Source of the DNA: Desulfomonilia bacterium
GTDB lineage: Bacteria > Desulfobacterota > Desulfomonilia > UBA1062
Assembly: GCA_963664325.2 (NCBI GenBank)
Contig: CAXXDQ010000008.1
Span: 96,001 to 160,000, forward strand
Direction of reading: 5' to 3'
Length of the DNA: 64,000 bases
The notes below the pieces were generated by a model that was not told the DNA's origin, made no database searches, and saw only the letters and a program-made list of their open reading frames with translations. A program made the position numbers and the translations under genes. This document shows, in pieces, positions 36,001 through 45,845 of the stretch (its first letter is position 1; every line of letters starts with the position of its first letter).

Positions 36001-37134
36001 GCCTTTGCCGGGTCTCTGCGGGCTGTAGGCTGTCAGGCTGATGTTCTGCCTGAGACGGATGATTCGTCCATACGTCTGGCCAAGGGCTATGCCCACGGCA
36101 ATGAATGTCATCCCTACCACTCGGTACTGGGCGATCTGCTGCGGCTCGTCGCTCAACCTGGATTCAATCCCGCCGGTGCAGCTTACTTCTCGCCTAAATA
36201 TGACGGACCATGTCTTCTTAACCAGTACGGGACAGCCATCCGTATCATCATGGAAAACATCGGTGCAGGGGATGTCGCTCTGCTCAATATCGGGAACATG
36301 GCCGTCATGGATGAGCTCTTCCCGGTTTATCCCGTTTACCTGGCAAGATCCAGCTATGCCATTGATCGGCTCAGCAAGTGGGCGGCCGAAATCAGGCCCT
36401 ACGAAAGGCGGCACGGTGAGGTCCGCGCGGTGCACCAGCATAATATGGAACTCCTTCTGCAACGGATGCAGCAGCGACGACTTGACGCCGGTATCAGGGA
36501 GGCCGTTGCCAGCATGCAGGCCATCGCGCTGTCAGAACGGCGTGACCTGCCGGTGATCGGAATCGTCGGGGACATTTATACACGCCTCAATGCGCATGCC
36601 AACTTCGGACTTGCCGATAAACTCAACGCAAACGGATTCGAAGTCTGGACATCGGCCCTGATCATGGACGTTGTTCTGCTTGGCTACGAGCAGCGCTCCA
36701 GAGACCTGCTCGATAGGGGACAGCGCCTGAAAGGTATCATTGCCCGGGGATACCTTCCGGCAGCACGCATATTGCGAGCCAGCGTGGACCGCTACTTTCC
36801 TGATATAATCCGTACCCCGCAGGAGTCGCCATTTCCCGATGTCAATCGACGGATCGCTTCCTATATCGACCACCGAGTGGACAAGTTCATCAGCCTGAAC
36901 ATCAACCGCATCGGCGAGTTCCGGCAGGCCGGTGCGGATGGCGTGCTCAATGTCATGTGTCCGGGGTGCATGGTAGGGACTGTAAGCGAGGCCTTTTTCC
37001 CGGAACTCAGGCGGCAATATGCCGATCTGCCCCTGGAGTCGCTTTCCTTCGGTGACCAGCAGAGTACGCATGTCGACAACAGACTTGAGGCTTTCTGTTA
37101 TCTGGTGAAGGAATCCCGGACACGCACCGGATGA
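33007..37134 (+). CDS. CoA-substrate-specific enzyme activase (two BadF/BadG/BcrA/BcrD ATPase domains plus DUF2229-like region; frameshifted)
   Basis: GIDLGSVS, two IEIGGQDSK, CSAGTG/CAAGTG, FGCGPDA, ECHP, CPGCM. Confidence 0.88.
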
Positions 37135-37255
37135 AATGAGAACAAAAATATCTCCTTGACACGGTCTTTTTTGGAGTCCAATTTGATGGCGGATACTAAG
37201 GGGCTTCAGGAAACATTCTACCATTAATCTTTTTAACCGGAAAAGGAGAAAGACC

Positions 37256-37468
37256 ATGGCCGAGAGTGTTTACAAAATCATTGAAGTGGTGGGATCCAGT
37301 AAAGTCTCATGGGAAGATGCGGCGAAAAATGCCGTAGAAACGGCTTCAAAGAACCTGAAAGAACTGCGCATCGCCGAAATCGTGAAACTCGACCTGACTA
37401 TTGAAAACGGTAAAGTGGCTACTTACCGGGCGCGGGTCAGTTTATCGTTTAAATATGTCCCGGATTAA
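37256..37468 (+). CDS. Dodecin-family protein
   Basis: 70 aa, VYKIIEVVGSS..SWEDAAKNAV..YRARVSLSFK. Confidence 0.92.
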   Translation: MAESVYKIIEVVGSSKVSWEDAAKNAVETASKNLKELRIAEIVKLDLTIENGKVATYRARVSLSFKYVPD

Positions 37469-37807
37469 ACATCTCATAACAGTTTGATCCTTTCTTATTT
37501 GAAATAAACATAAATATTTATTGCGCCTGATTTGAACGGATTGTGAAGCGGTTTTATCTGGAACCGCTGTGATTATTTCCATATCTAATCTCAATTAAAG
37601 CTGCAACCTTTACCCGGATTCTCAAGGCAGGAATCTTCCTGACGCATCTTTTGCTAAACCATGGGCACGGCATTTAACTTCTTTTGGCCGTTTTCCCATT
37701 GACATGAACTGCAGTCATGCCCCATGCTTTTCCCACGAAAAGACGATATTATCTCCGACACCTGGATTAACCGGTTCGATCTGAAAATAGTTTTCAAGGA
37801 GATTGAT

Positions 37808-39187
37808 ATGGTAAATAATGGAGTTAAGGAAGCCTTCACTGCCACCATGAAGCCGGACCGGATACCGTTCGGTATCAAACTCAGCTATGGAATAGGGGAC
37901 ATATCCAACAACATATTTATTGTCACTACAGGGATGTACCTTCTGTTCTTCCTGACCAATGTCGTGGGAGTCAACCCGGCCCTTGCAGGCACCATGCTGC
38001 TCTTTCCGAAGCTCCTGGACGTTGTCCTGGACCCCATCATGGGCATGATATCCGACGTCACGCGCTCGCGCTTCGGCAGGAGGCGTGTGTACCTGCTCTA
38101 CGGGGCCGTTCCTTTCGGCGTCAGCTTTTTTGCAATCTTCATCGTCCCGGGATTTCAGGCAGAGTTTGCCAAGGCCCTGCAAGTGTCGCTGCTCTTCGCT
38201 CTGGGATGTACTATTTTTGCAATGGTCAACGTCCCCTATGCCAGCATGGTCCCGGAGATGTCCGACAATTACAACGAGCGGATATCCATAACCTCGTTCC
38301 GCATGTCATTTGCATCCATCGGGGCGCTGCTGGCTGGAGGGTTGACAATGTTGCTGGTAAAAGCGGGCGGAGGCGGTGCGCACGGTTTTCGCCTTATGGG
38401 TGGCGTCTTCGGTGTTATGATTGTTATCTCCTGCCTGGTTTGCTTCTTCGGCACAAGGAAGGCCACCAGCCTGCCTCCCCATAAAGAAACACCGCCCTTG
38501 AAACAGCAGATAAGAATAGTCTTCAAGAACTATCCATTCCTGATGCTGATGTCGAGTTATTTCATGCAGGCGCTTGCCATAGGCGTGATGATGGCCGGCT
38601 TTATTTACTACGTCAAGTATGCCATGGCTCTGCCTGAGACGATCATGAATACTGCTTTCCCCATCTTCATGATAACCGGCTTGCTCTTCATCCCTGTCTG
38701 GCTGGCAGTGGGCAAGCGGCTCGGCAAGATAAAATCCTATTATATCGGGCTGGGCATCTTCACCGTTGCGATGGGGTCGCTTTTCTTTACTGATGCAGCA
38801 TTGCTTTGGCTGTTCTATGCCCAGATATTCCTGGCCGGGGTGGGCTTTTCGAGCTTCCAGCTCTTCCCCTTCTCCATGCTCCCCGATACAGTGGAGTATG
38901 ACCAGATGCAGTCCGGTCTCAGACGCGAGGGAGTGTTCTCGGGGATGTGGTCGGCCGGACAGAAGATAGCCTATTCGGTGGGGCCCCCGATCGTAGGCTT
39001 TGCCCTGGCACTTTCCGGTTTTGTTGAGAAAGGGGTCCAACCAGCCACTCTTAATACAGGTGTGCGTGCGATATTTTGCCTCTTCCCGGCGGTCATGATA
39101 TTGCTCAGCTTTATCCCTTTTAGAAAATACAAGCTCACAGAGGAGGAGTTCGAAAAAGTGAAGGCGAAAATCCTTAAGCCGCAATAG
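37808..39187 (+). CDS. MFS transporter, glycoside-pentoside-hexuronide (MelB-like) family
   Basis: DPIMGMISD.TRSRFGRRR, NVPYASMVPEM, RREGVFSG; about 12 TM segments. Confidence 0.9.
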   Translation: MVNNGVKEAFTATMKPDRIPFGIKLSYGIGDISNNIFIVTTGMYLLFFLTNVVGVNPALAGTMLLFPKLLDVVLDPIMGMISDVTRSRFGRRRVYLLYGAVPFGVSFFAIFIVPGFQAEFAKALQVSLLFALGCTIFAMVNVPYASMVPEMSDNYNERISITSFRMSFASIGALLAGGLTMLLVKAGGGGAHGFRLMGGVFGVMIVISCLVCFFGTRKATSLPPHKETPPLKQQIRIVFKNYPFLMLMSSYFMQALAIGVMMAGFIYYVKYAMALPETIMNTAFPIFMITGLLFIPVWLAVGKRLGKIKSYYIGLGIFTVAMGSLFFTDAALLWLFYAQIFLAGVGFSSFQLFPFSMLPDTVEYDQMQSGLRREGVFSGMWSAGQKIAYSVGPPIVGFALALSGFVEKGVQPATLNTGVRAIFCLFPAVMILLSFIPFRKYKLTEEEFEKVKAKILKPQ

Positions 39188-39773
39188 GGGATATGCATAT
39201 AAGGCTACCCGTTAAAAGGCTTCCATAAAAAGGAATTTACAAGCTCGGTTCGTTGAATTATTTTTAAACACCATCTTTTCGAAGACAAAAAAAATGCAGA
39301 TCATTGACGACCTGCAACATATGAGGAGGTTCTACAGGAATGTAACTTGAAGAACCTGATATTGCTTATAGACATATTTTTAAAAACTTAACACCAATTA
39401 TTTTAATATTTTTATATTTATTTCGTATATCCCCTATGATTTTCAGAAAAGGAATTCGCAAAAAGTTTAAGTATCAAGCATGAAACCGGTTTATCATAAT
39501 GACAGGACTTACGGGAATTCTTGCCGGAAACGCTGATTTGCCGGTCATTGTAATTACCTGGATCATAAATCGCATTCAAGGTTCGATTTGAGCCGGAGCC
39601 TGAATATAACCGGGTCCTTTGCTTAATATGGTTTTACATCTCGCGGGTTAAAGCTTTGTAGAAAAGATTAAGATCTGATCATCATAAAAAATAGTTTTGA
39701 TAGATGGTATTATCGTGGGGATGATTTCCAGAAAAAGAAAGGAGTCAGGTAATTCTACCTAACCCCATGAGGA

Positions 39774-39825
39774 TGTTTGGCGGTCCCAAGGGGATTCGAA
39801 CCCCTGTTACCGGCGTGAGAGGCCA
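39774..39825 (-). repeat. att site: displaced 3' part of tRNA-Glu (52-bp direct repeat)
   Basis: Identical to 51761-51812. Confidence 0.97.
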
Positions 39826-39954
39826 TTACTAGCACCTTTTTCCCTGTTTACCTCAATTTACCTGAAGTGCCTATATGATGGCTAGCAATGCCTATCTAAT
39901 GAATATTTAATTAACTTTACTTTACCTGAAATTACTTGTAAATATCACCTGGGT

Positions 39955-39986
39955 GTGGGGGATAGTGTGGGGGAAGGTGTGGGGGA
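39955..39986 (+). repeat. Three GTGGGGGA repeats, 12-bp period (probable integrase arm-type sites)
   Basis: Same motif occurs twice at 51688-51707 near the other att. Confidence 0.75.
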
Positions 39987-39999
39987 CAGGAGGTCAGAC

Positions 40000-41202
40000 A
40001 TGCCAAAGCAGGTAAGATTTGAAACAAAGTATCCGGGAGTATTTTTCATAAACGCTCAAGGCGAAACTGGTATTGAGAAGGTCTATTATATCCGCTACAG
40101 GAAGAACAGCAAACTTATCGAAGAAAAAGCTGGCTGGCAAAAGCGGGATGATATGACACCTGCCAGAGCGAACAATCTTAGAGTTGAGAGGCTTGAAGGA
40201 CGCCAGAGAACCAATGCAGAGCGCCGGGCAGAGGAAGTGGCTGCAAGAAAGGCGGAAGATTCAACCTGGACATTTAACCGTCTGTTCGGGCGTTATATCA
40301 AAGATAAATCTATTACAGACGAAAAAGAGCTTATTGATAAAGAGATTAAGGATGATGACCTCGATAAGATCGTTGCAGCGATGAAGTTCAAGAAGCCCGC
40401 TCAAATAGACATATCGAGATACAGGAAGTTCATTCAGAAACCCCTAGGAGATAAACAACCTCATGAAATCTTATTGCTGGATATTGACCGGATGCGCCTT
40501 AAATTATCCAAGACTTATAAACCTCAGACCGTAAAGCATGTGCTTAACCTGATAACAAGAATATCGAACTACGGTCACAAGAAAGGTTTATGTGAAGGCC
40601 TTGGCTTCTCAGTACAGAAACCCCGTGTTGACAATGTGGTCACGGAAGACCTTTCCCCTGATGAGTTGAGAAGGCTTCTCATAGCGATAGAGGCAGACCC
40701 GAACTGGACAGTTGCAAACATGATGCTCATGGCCTTGCATACAGGAATGAGGCGTGGCGAGCTTCTTAAATTGAAATGGGATGACATCAACTTCAATACA
40801 GGCTTCATAACGATCAGGAGTCCCAAGGGCGGGCGTGATGCCATGATACCTATAAGCCAGAAGGCCGGTGAGCTTTTAGATTCCATTGAGAGATTAGACA
40901 GCCCGTTCGTATTCCCTGGAGATAAGGGAAATCAGCGCGCACAGATATATCATGTTGTGAGTAGAATAAAAAAACGAGCTGGCTTGCCTAAAAGTTTCCG
41001 GCCCATGCACGGTTTAAGGCACGCCTATGCCTCGATGCTGGCTTCATCCGGGCAGGTTGATATCTACACCCTGCAGAAGCTCATGACGCATAAAGACTTC
41101 AGGATGACGCAACGATATGCCCATCTGAGAGATGAGACCTTAAAGAAGGCGTCAGGTATCGTAGGCGATATTATGGACGATGCAATGGAAAAGACCGGGT
41201 GA
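40000..41202 (+). CDS. Tyrosine recombinase (phage-type integrase)
   Basis: SD AGGAGG; TGMRRGE, SPKGG, HGLRH, MTH, RYAH catalytic set intact. Confidence 0.96.
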   Translation: MPKQVRFETKYPGVFFINAQGETGIEKVYYIRYRKNSKLIEEKAGWQKRDDMTPARANNLRVERLEGRQRTNAERRAEEVAARKAEDSTWTFNRLFGRYIKDKSITDEKELIDKEIKDDDLDKIVAAMKFKKPAQIDISRYRKFIQKPLGDKQPHEILLLDIDRMRLKLSKTYKPQTVKHVLNLITRISNYGHKKGLCEGLGFSVQKPRVDNVVTEDLSPDELRRLLIAIEADPNWTVANMMLMALHTGMRRGELLKLKWDDINFNTGFITIRSPKGGRDAMIPISQKAGELLDSIERLDSPFVFPGDKGNQRAQIYHVVSRIKKRAGLPKSFRPMHGLRHAYASMLASSGQVDIYTLQKLMTHKDFRMTQRYAHLRDETLKKASGIVGDIMDDAMEKTG

Positions 41203-41322
41203 TAAACTCGTTTGATTGTAAATAGGATAATGAACTTACTCCTTAATGACAAACCCGACAAAAGGGACAAAAACCATTTATCACAGTTGAATCAACTTAA
41301 CAAATATGTTAATAACATTCCT

Positions 41323-41658
41323 ATGTCTTGGACGATAGAATATTATAGCGGGAAGGTTCAGGAAGATATTTATTCTCTTCCTGCAAGCCTTCAGGCTCGC
41401 TATATTCATCTATCTGAAAGGATGCTCGTATATGGCGCGAACCTGAAAGAACCACACACAAAAGCGCTGGAAGATGGTCTGTTTGAGTTAAGACTAAAAG
41501 GCAAAGAGGGGATTGCACGTGTTCTTTACTGTACGGCTATTGGAAGCAAGATCGTCATGCTTCATTGTTTCATAAAGAAAACGGATAAAATTCCCAAGAG
41601 AGAACTAGAGACAGCAAAACACCGCATGATGGAGGTGAAGCAGAATGTTAACTCATGA
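41323..41658 (+). CDS. Type II toxin, RelE/HigB (Gp49-like)
   Basis: EPHTKALEDGLFELR, RVLYC, LHCFIKKT.K.P..EL..A..R. Confidence 0.9.
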   Translation: MSWTIEYYSGKVQEDIYSLPASLQARYIHLSERMLVYGANLKEPHTKALEDGLFELRLKGKEGIARVLYCTAIGSKIVMLHCFIKKTDKIPKRELETAKHRMMEVKQNVNS

Positions 41659-41947
41659 TAAATTTGTTAAAAAGATGTTGAGTAACCCGATCGTTAAGGC
41701 CGAATATGTCGCCCTTGAAGAAGAATTTATATTTCTTGATGAATGCCTGAAAGCGCGGAATGAAGCCGGGCTCACTCAAGCGGATGTTGCAGAACGCATG
41801 GGGACTAAAGCCCCGGCTGTAGCAAGGATAGAATCAGGCGGGGGAAGCAAGAAACATTCACCGTCCATAGCCACACTGCGTAAGTATGCAGAAGCCGTGG
41901 GATGTAAATTGAAAATTAAATTAGTACCAAAAAATAAAGCAGCATGA
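41645..41947 (+). CDS. HigA-type HTH antitoxin
   Basis: LTQADVAERMGTKAPAVARIESG, PSIATLRKYAEAVG; overlaps the toxin. Confidence 0.9.
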   Translation: MLTHDKFVKKMLSNPIVKAEYVALEEEFIFLDECLKARNEAGLTQADVAERMGTKAPAVARIESGGGSKKHSPSIATLRKYAEAVGCKLKIKLVPKNKAA

Positions 41948-41973
41948 CACGAACATTCAGGGGATAGGGAAAA

Positions 41974-42702
41974 ATGACAGTCAAAGGATATGACCTCCCA
42001 ATCTCCGAAGAACAATTGTTGGAGTATGTAAAGAACGGAGTGCTTACGCCTGTGGATAAGAATGGGCTCAGAGTCTTCCCTGTCAACATGAATCACTTTT
42101 ATCAGTTATATAATGAACTGAGGGGCGATATTGCAGAACTGGAATATGCAATTTTACAATCAAAAAAGACTAATCAGGAGTTTGAGATTGAAATACGGAG
42201 ATCGTTGGAACTTGATGGGAAAGCCCCCGAAGACTATGTAGCAGTAATAAACAACTTTCTTGAAAAGACACTACCCAGGAAACGGAAAAAGTTTGAGCAG
42301 GACATCAAGAAACTAACCCCGAAAGTAAAAAAACTTGAAAAAGAACTGCATCCAGCAATGGTGTGGAATGGCATTGACAGCCTTCCCCCCGGACTGTGGG
42401 AGCAGAATATCAAGCAACTGATTGACAGCTATTACGACAGGGAACAGATTGAACTATTAAAGCTCAAGGCCCCTGTGGAAGAAACTAATCCCTTATTCAT
42501 CAGCGATTCTCAATTGAGGGGCCAGGAATTGATAGGGAAAAAGGCGATCATGAATTATATTCACATAGGCACTAAAAGTGTAAAAACCTTTAAGCGCTTC
42601 GAAAATGATGGACTACCTGTTCATAGAAGGCCAGGGAAAAAAGGAAGGGGGAGGTTATACGCATTCACAAATGAGATAGCCTTGTGGCAAAGAAGAAAAT
42701 AG
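41974..42702 (+). CDS. Hypothetical protein, coiled-coil with possible C-terminal HTH
   Basis: 242-aa ORF; C-terminal LIGKKAIMNY...GLPV...AFTNEIALW resembles small phage DNA-binding domains. Confidence 0.6.
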   Translation: MTVKGYDLPISEEQLLEYVKNGVLTPVDKNGLRVFPVNMNHFYQLYNELRGDIAELEYAILQSKKTNQEFEIEIRRSLELDGKAPEDYVAVINNFLEKTLPRKRKKFEQDIKKLTPKVKKLEKELHPAMVWNGIDSLPPGLWEQNIKQLIDSYYDREQIELLKLKAPVEETNPLFISDSQLRGQELIGKKAIMNYIHIGTKSVKTFKRFENDGLPVHRRPGKKGRGRLYAFTNEIALWQRRK

Positions 42703-42897
42703 TTGAAGATTGCTATATCCGCAAAAATTTACATTATCCCTGAAAAGCTTGTGTTTAACTGATTCTATCCCATATTAACCCTAAATAAATCTGCTATATC
42801 GGAACCACATCCGAACCCTATCCAAACCACATTAGTTGAATTGCGGTTATTAGGGATGTGTATATGTAAAGGACATCTCAGGAACAAGGAGGATGCC

Positions 42898-43098
42898 GTG
42901 GTAAATGAAATTATGAAATTCATCGATGAAAAAGAAGCTGCAAGGATTACTGGAATTGCAGTCCAGACATTGAGGAATTATCGTCAGAAAAGTAAAGGCC
43001 CCGCATACTGCAAGGTCGGATCATCCATTAGGTATTTCTTGCCAGATTTGCAAGAGTTTATGCTGAAATGCCGGATTGACCCATCGACCAGAGTATAA
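42898..43098 (+). CDS. Excisionase/AlpA-like HTH protein
   Basis: IDEKEAARITGIAVQTLRNYR..GPAYCKVG..IRY; SD AGGAGG. Confidence 0.85.
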   Translation: MVNEIMKFIDEKEAARITGIAVQTLRNYRQKSKGPAYCKVGSSIRYFLPDLQEFMLKCRIDPSTRV

Positions 43099-43100
43099 TC

Positions 43101-43727
43101 ATGACAAGAAATCAAACCCCTCCACCCGTTGGGAGCGGATTGAGGGGGAAGGCAATCGAAAGGGCTCTAAATACTGAAAAAATAATGCCATGCCTCAACC
43201 TTGGTGTCAAGTCTACGTCTCCTATTAAGGAAAGCCTTCAAGCGCATGGCTGGGCGATTAAGAACACTGCGGTCTTATCACCTGAAATGATATACTCACG
43301 GGCTTTTAACACTCTCTCTCCAACAGCATTGCGAGTTCTAATTAGACTCCTTCAAAAACGTCATTGGGAGAAAACAGGCAAAAGGCGAAAGGCCGATATT
43401 AAATATACCAATAATGGACTGATTTTTACATACGCCGAAGCAGCCTGTTTTGGTATACCCCATGCCTCATTCAACCGCGCCATAAAGGAACTTGTGGCGA
43501 AAGGCTTTCTTGTCATTGAGCATCAAGGCGGGAGCTTTTCCCAGGGCAACAAAGACCCCTCGATATACGGTTTGGTTGGTGACTTCAAACATTACGGAAC
43601 CGACAACTATAAACCAAGAGAAAAGCCACCTTTAATTCGGTACAGTAGGGGATTCACAGAATTCAATGAAAAGAGAAAAACGAATTTGTCGCACTCACGG
43701 ATGACTGTTGATAACAGTCAATTATGA
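43101..43727 (+). CDS. Winged-helix protein, putative replication initiator
   Basis: AF..LSPTAL.VL..L...NNG.IFTY...SFNRAIKELVAKGFL; lies after xis; iteron-like repeats at its 3' end. Confidence 0.6.
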   Translation: MTRNQTPPPVGSGLRGKAIERALNTEKIMPCLNLGVKSTSPIKESLQAHGWAIKNTAVLSPEMIYSRAFNTLSPTALRVLIRLLQKRHWEKTGKRRKADIKYTNNGLIFTYAEAACFGIPHASFNRAIKELVAKGFLVIEHQGGSFSQGNKDPSIYGLVGDFKHYGTDNYKPREKPPLIRYSRGFTEFNEKRKTNLSHSRMTVDNSQL

Positions 43728-44010
43728 GTGTCGAAGGGACAAAAACAAGCCGGAGAGGGGTATCAAAAATGGCTGTGGAAAAAAACAAGAGACGGGACCA
43801 GGAATCATCACATAAAGTGTATTTGTGGAAATATTACAGGCTTCAGGCAAATTTCACCTCTCCACAGTCACGGATGAGTGACTTTATATATTATACCAGC
43901 CCCTTGTCCTATCTGTTGGGCCTTTCAGGTTTTGACCTCAGACCAGACATAAACCATGCGCGGGCCGAAAAATCACAATACAGAAACAAAAATAATAAAG
44001 GAGAAAAAAC

Positions 44011-44241
44011 ATGTTGATCGCAGAAATGGAAAAAAACGCATTAGAAGTTATAAGGGTAAGTCTTACCGAATTTCACAACCACAGGTTTGTTGATTGCCGT
44101 GTGTATTACCAGGACGATCAAGGCGAGTGGAAGCCGACCAAAAAAGGCATCGCCCTGAACGAGGGCACTATTGACGGCGTGATAAAGGCCCTGGAAGAAG
44201 GGCGTGTGCAACTTCAATCGGATGAAGGTCCACAGTTATAG
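44011..44241 (+). CDS. PC4/p15 (YdbC-like) single-stranded DNA-binding protein
   Basis: IRVSLTEF...VDCRVYY...WKPTKKGIAL. Confidence 0.88.
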   Translation: MLIAEMEKNALEVIRVSLTEFHNHRFVDCRVYYQDDQGEWKPTKKGIALNEGTIDGVIKALEEGRVQLQSDEGPQL

Positions 44242-44492
44242 GCCGGACACAGTTCCGGTGAAATGAAGGTATCAAGGTGTCGGCTAACTGAAAGCGGTAT
44301 GAGGAGCGTATGCCACGGCCAGCCTGTGCTTACCTGGGCAGGCTTATACCGGGGATGTTTTCAATGCCTTTTATTATATTATTATATTAACAATTTTGAA
44401 TACTAATATTTTATTATTATATAAGCAGATTCCTAATCTCGCAGGAACCTGGGATATTTGACATCCTGCCGGAATAGTAGCATTTAAAAAGC

Positions 44493-44966
44493 ATGAAAAC
44501 AGCAACGACGACAGAACCCAAAAGAAAGATAAGCAAGACGAGACTTGATTGTATGCTGCGAAGACGTAAAATAATCGAGGCATGTCTTGAAGGAAAACCC
44601 TTGAAAGAAACCGCTATTGCAGTGGGTTTATCGCCACGGTCAGCGGGAACACAGGTATCTCAAATATTAAAAGAACCGAAAGTTCAGCAGTATTTTGCCG
44701 AAATATTGGAGACAGAGGGGCTATCTGATAAAATATTGGCAGAAAAGCTCCAATATCTATTGAATGCTCGCAATATCATCTATTTTCAGCACAAAGGACG
44801 TGTTACTGATGAAAGGGATGTTCCGGCTCACGAAACACAACGCAAGACCCTGGAACTGATCGCCCGGCTGAAAGGCCACCTGAAAGAAGCTGATCGGGGT
44901 AGCGTAGATGTCCAGGTCAACCTCATGGGCCTTGTTGTCCAGGCACTAAAGCAGGATCAGGACTGA
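44493..44966 (+). CDS. Putative terminase small subunit-like HTH protein
   Basis: AIAVGLSPRSA...SQILKEPKVQ resembles the TerS N-terminal HTH; C-terminal KTLELIARLKGHL. Confidence 0.6.
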   Translation: MKTATTTEPKRKISKTRLDCMLRRRKIIEACLEGKPLKETAIAVGLSPRSAGTQVSQILKEPKVQQYFAEILETEGLSDKILAEKLQYLLNARNIIYFQHKGRVTDERDVPAHETQRKTLELIARLKGHLKEADRGSVDVQVNLMGLVVQALKQDQD

Positions 44967-45341
44967 TTCTATAAATATGATGAGAGAAACTCGAATTGTT
45001 ACGGAGTAGTAACAATTCAAAGCTAGGGTCATGCTCTGATATGTGTTTTCAAACAAAGTTCTCTCTAGGGTGCTTTAAGCTCATTCTGAGGTCTATTTCA
45101 GGGCTTTCTGTTCATGTCTGATGAGTGCTTGCTTGCAGTGTGGTATGAATGATTGATGACAGTTAGCCACATCAATGGAATCTCTCATACCCCCCCCGTG
45201 GTAGTTGGAATACCCGAAAAACCGGCACTGCCCATTCAAGGAAAACCTATCAATGGGTACGCTACAGGTAGCGCATGCACCTTGTTTTAACACCATGATA
45301 ATATTAACATCTTGTAATTACAATAGGTTGCAGCGTTAAAA

Positions 45342-45369
45342 TGTCCCGATAAGGGTCATTATGTTAAAT
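45342..45369 (+). other. dif-like XerC/XerD recombination site
   Basis: TGTCCCGATAA-GGGTCA-TTATGTTAAAT; right arm identical to the E. coli XerD arm; 11-6-11 spacing. Confidence 0.85.
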
Positions 45370-45845
45370 TGCTATGGCAGTTGGTACATCCGGCAGGATA
45401 CTACCGCCTACCCATTGCAGGCATAGGCAAGGCAGTGTGGCAACAGAATACAATAATGATCTGCTGACAGGTATTCATTGTGGTGCCGAGCCGATGATCG
45501 ATATCAACCCTCCCTACCCACCAAAGGGGGGGGTATGCGGGCCACTAACCCGTCCTTTCAATATTAACAAGATAGCCACAGACTGCGATTCTATTTTTAA
45601 AAATTCCAAAAATAAAGGCAGGAGATTTAGTCTGGATCAATCGACAACTTGTTAAGGTCTCCAGATGAGACCTGCAAAACCTGTCCATTCCAGATAACCT
45701 CAAGATATCTGGACTTTTTATGAGCCTTAAGAAATGAAAACATTCGTGATATACGTTATACTATTGCATGTATGGCTTTCAGTGCATATCTGCGGCAGAA
45801 ACCTATAGTTTTTCAACTTTATATAATGAAGATCCCTTTCGGAGA

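Noticed and set aside
37654-37800. Possible gene remnant or junction between dodecin and the MFS gene
   Set aside because: The short minus-strand reading has no identifiable family, so it cannot be supported.
39778-39825. Second tRNA-Glu gene
   Set aside because: Only the 3' part is present; it is the att duplication.
39955-39986. CRISPR array or G-quadruplex element
   Set aside because: The units are 8 bp with no spacers and no cas genes; the position at both att ends explains them as arm-type sites.
40000-41202. Integrase as integron IntI
   Set aside because: About 400 aa with an arm-binding-type N-terminus, adjacent to a tRNA att, with no evident IntI-specific insertion, and 4.6 kb from the attC sites.
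43724-44017. 97-aa ORF after the rep-like gene
   Set aside because: No recognisable motif and it overlaps the iteron-like region; it may be spurious or a frameshifted extension of rep.
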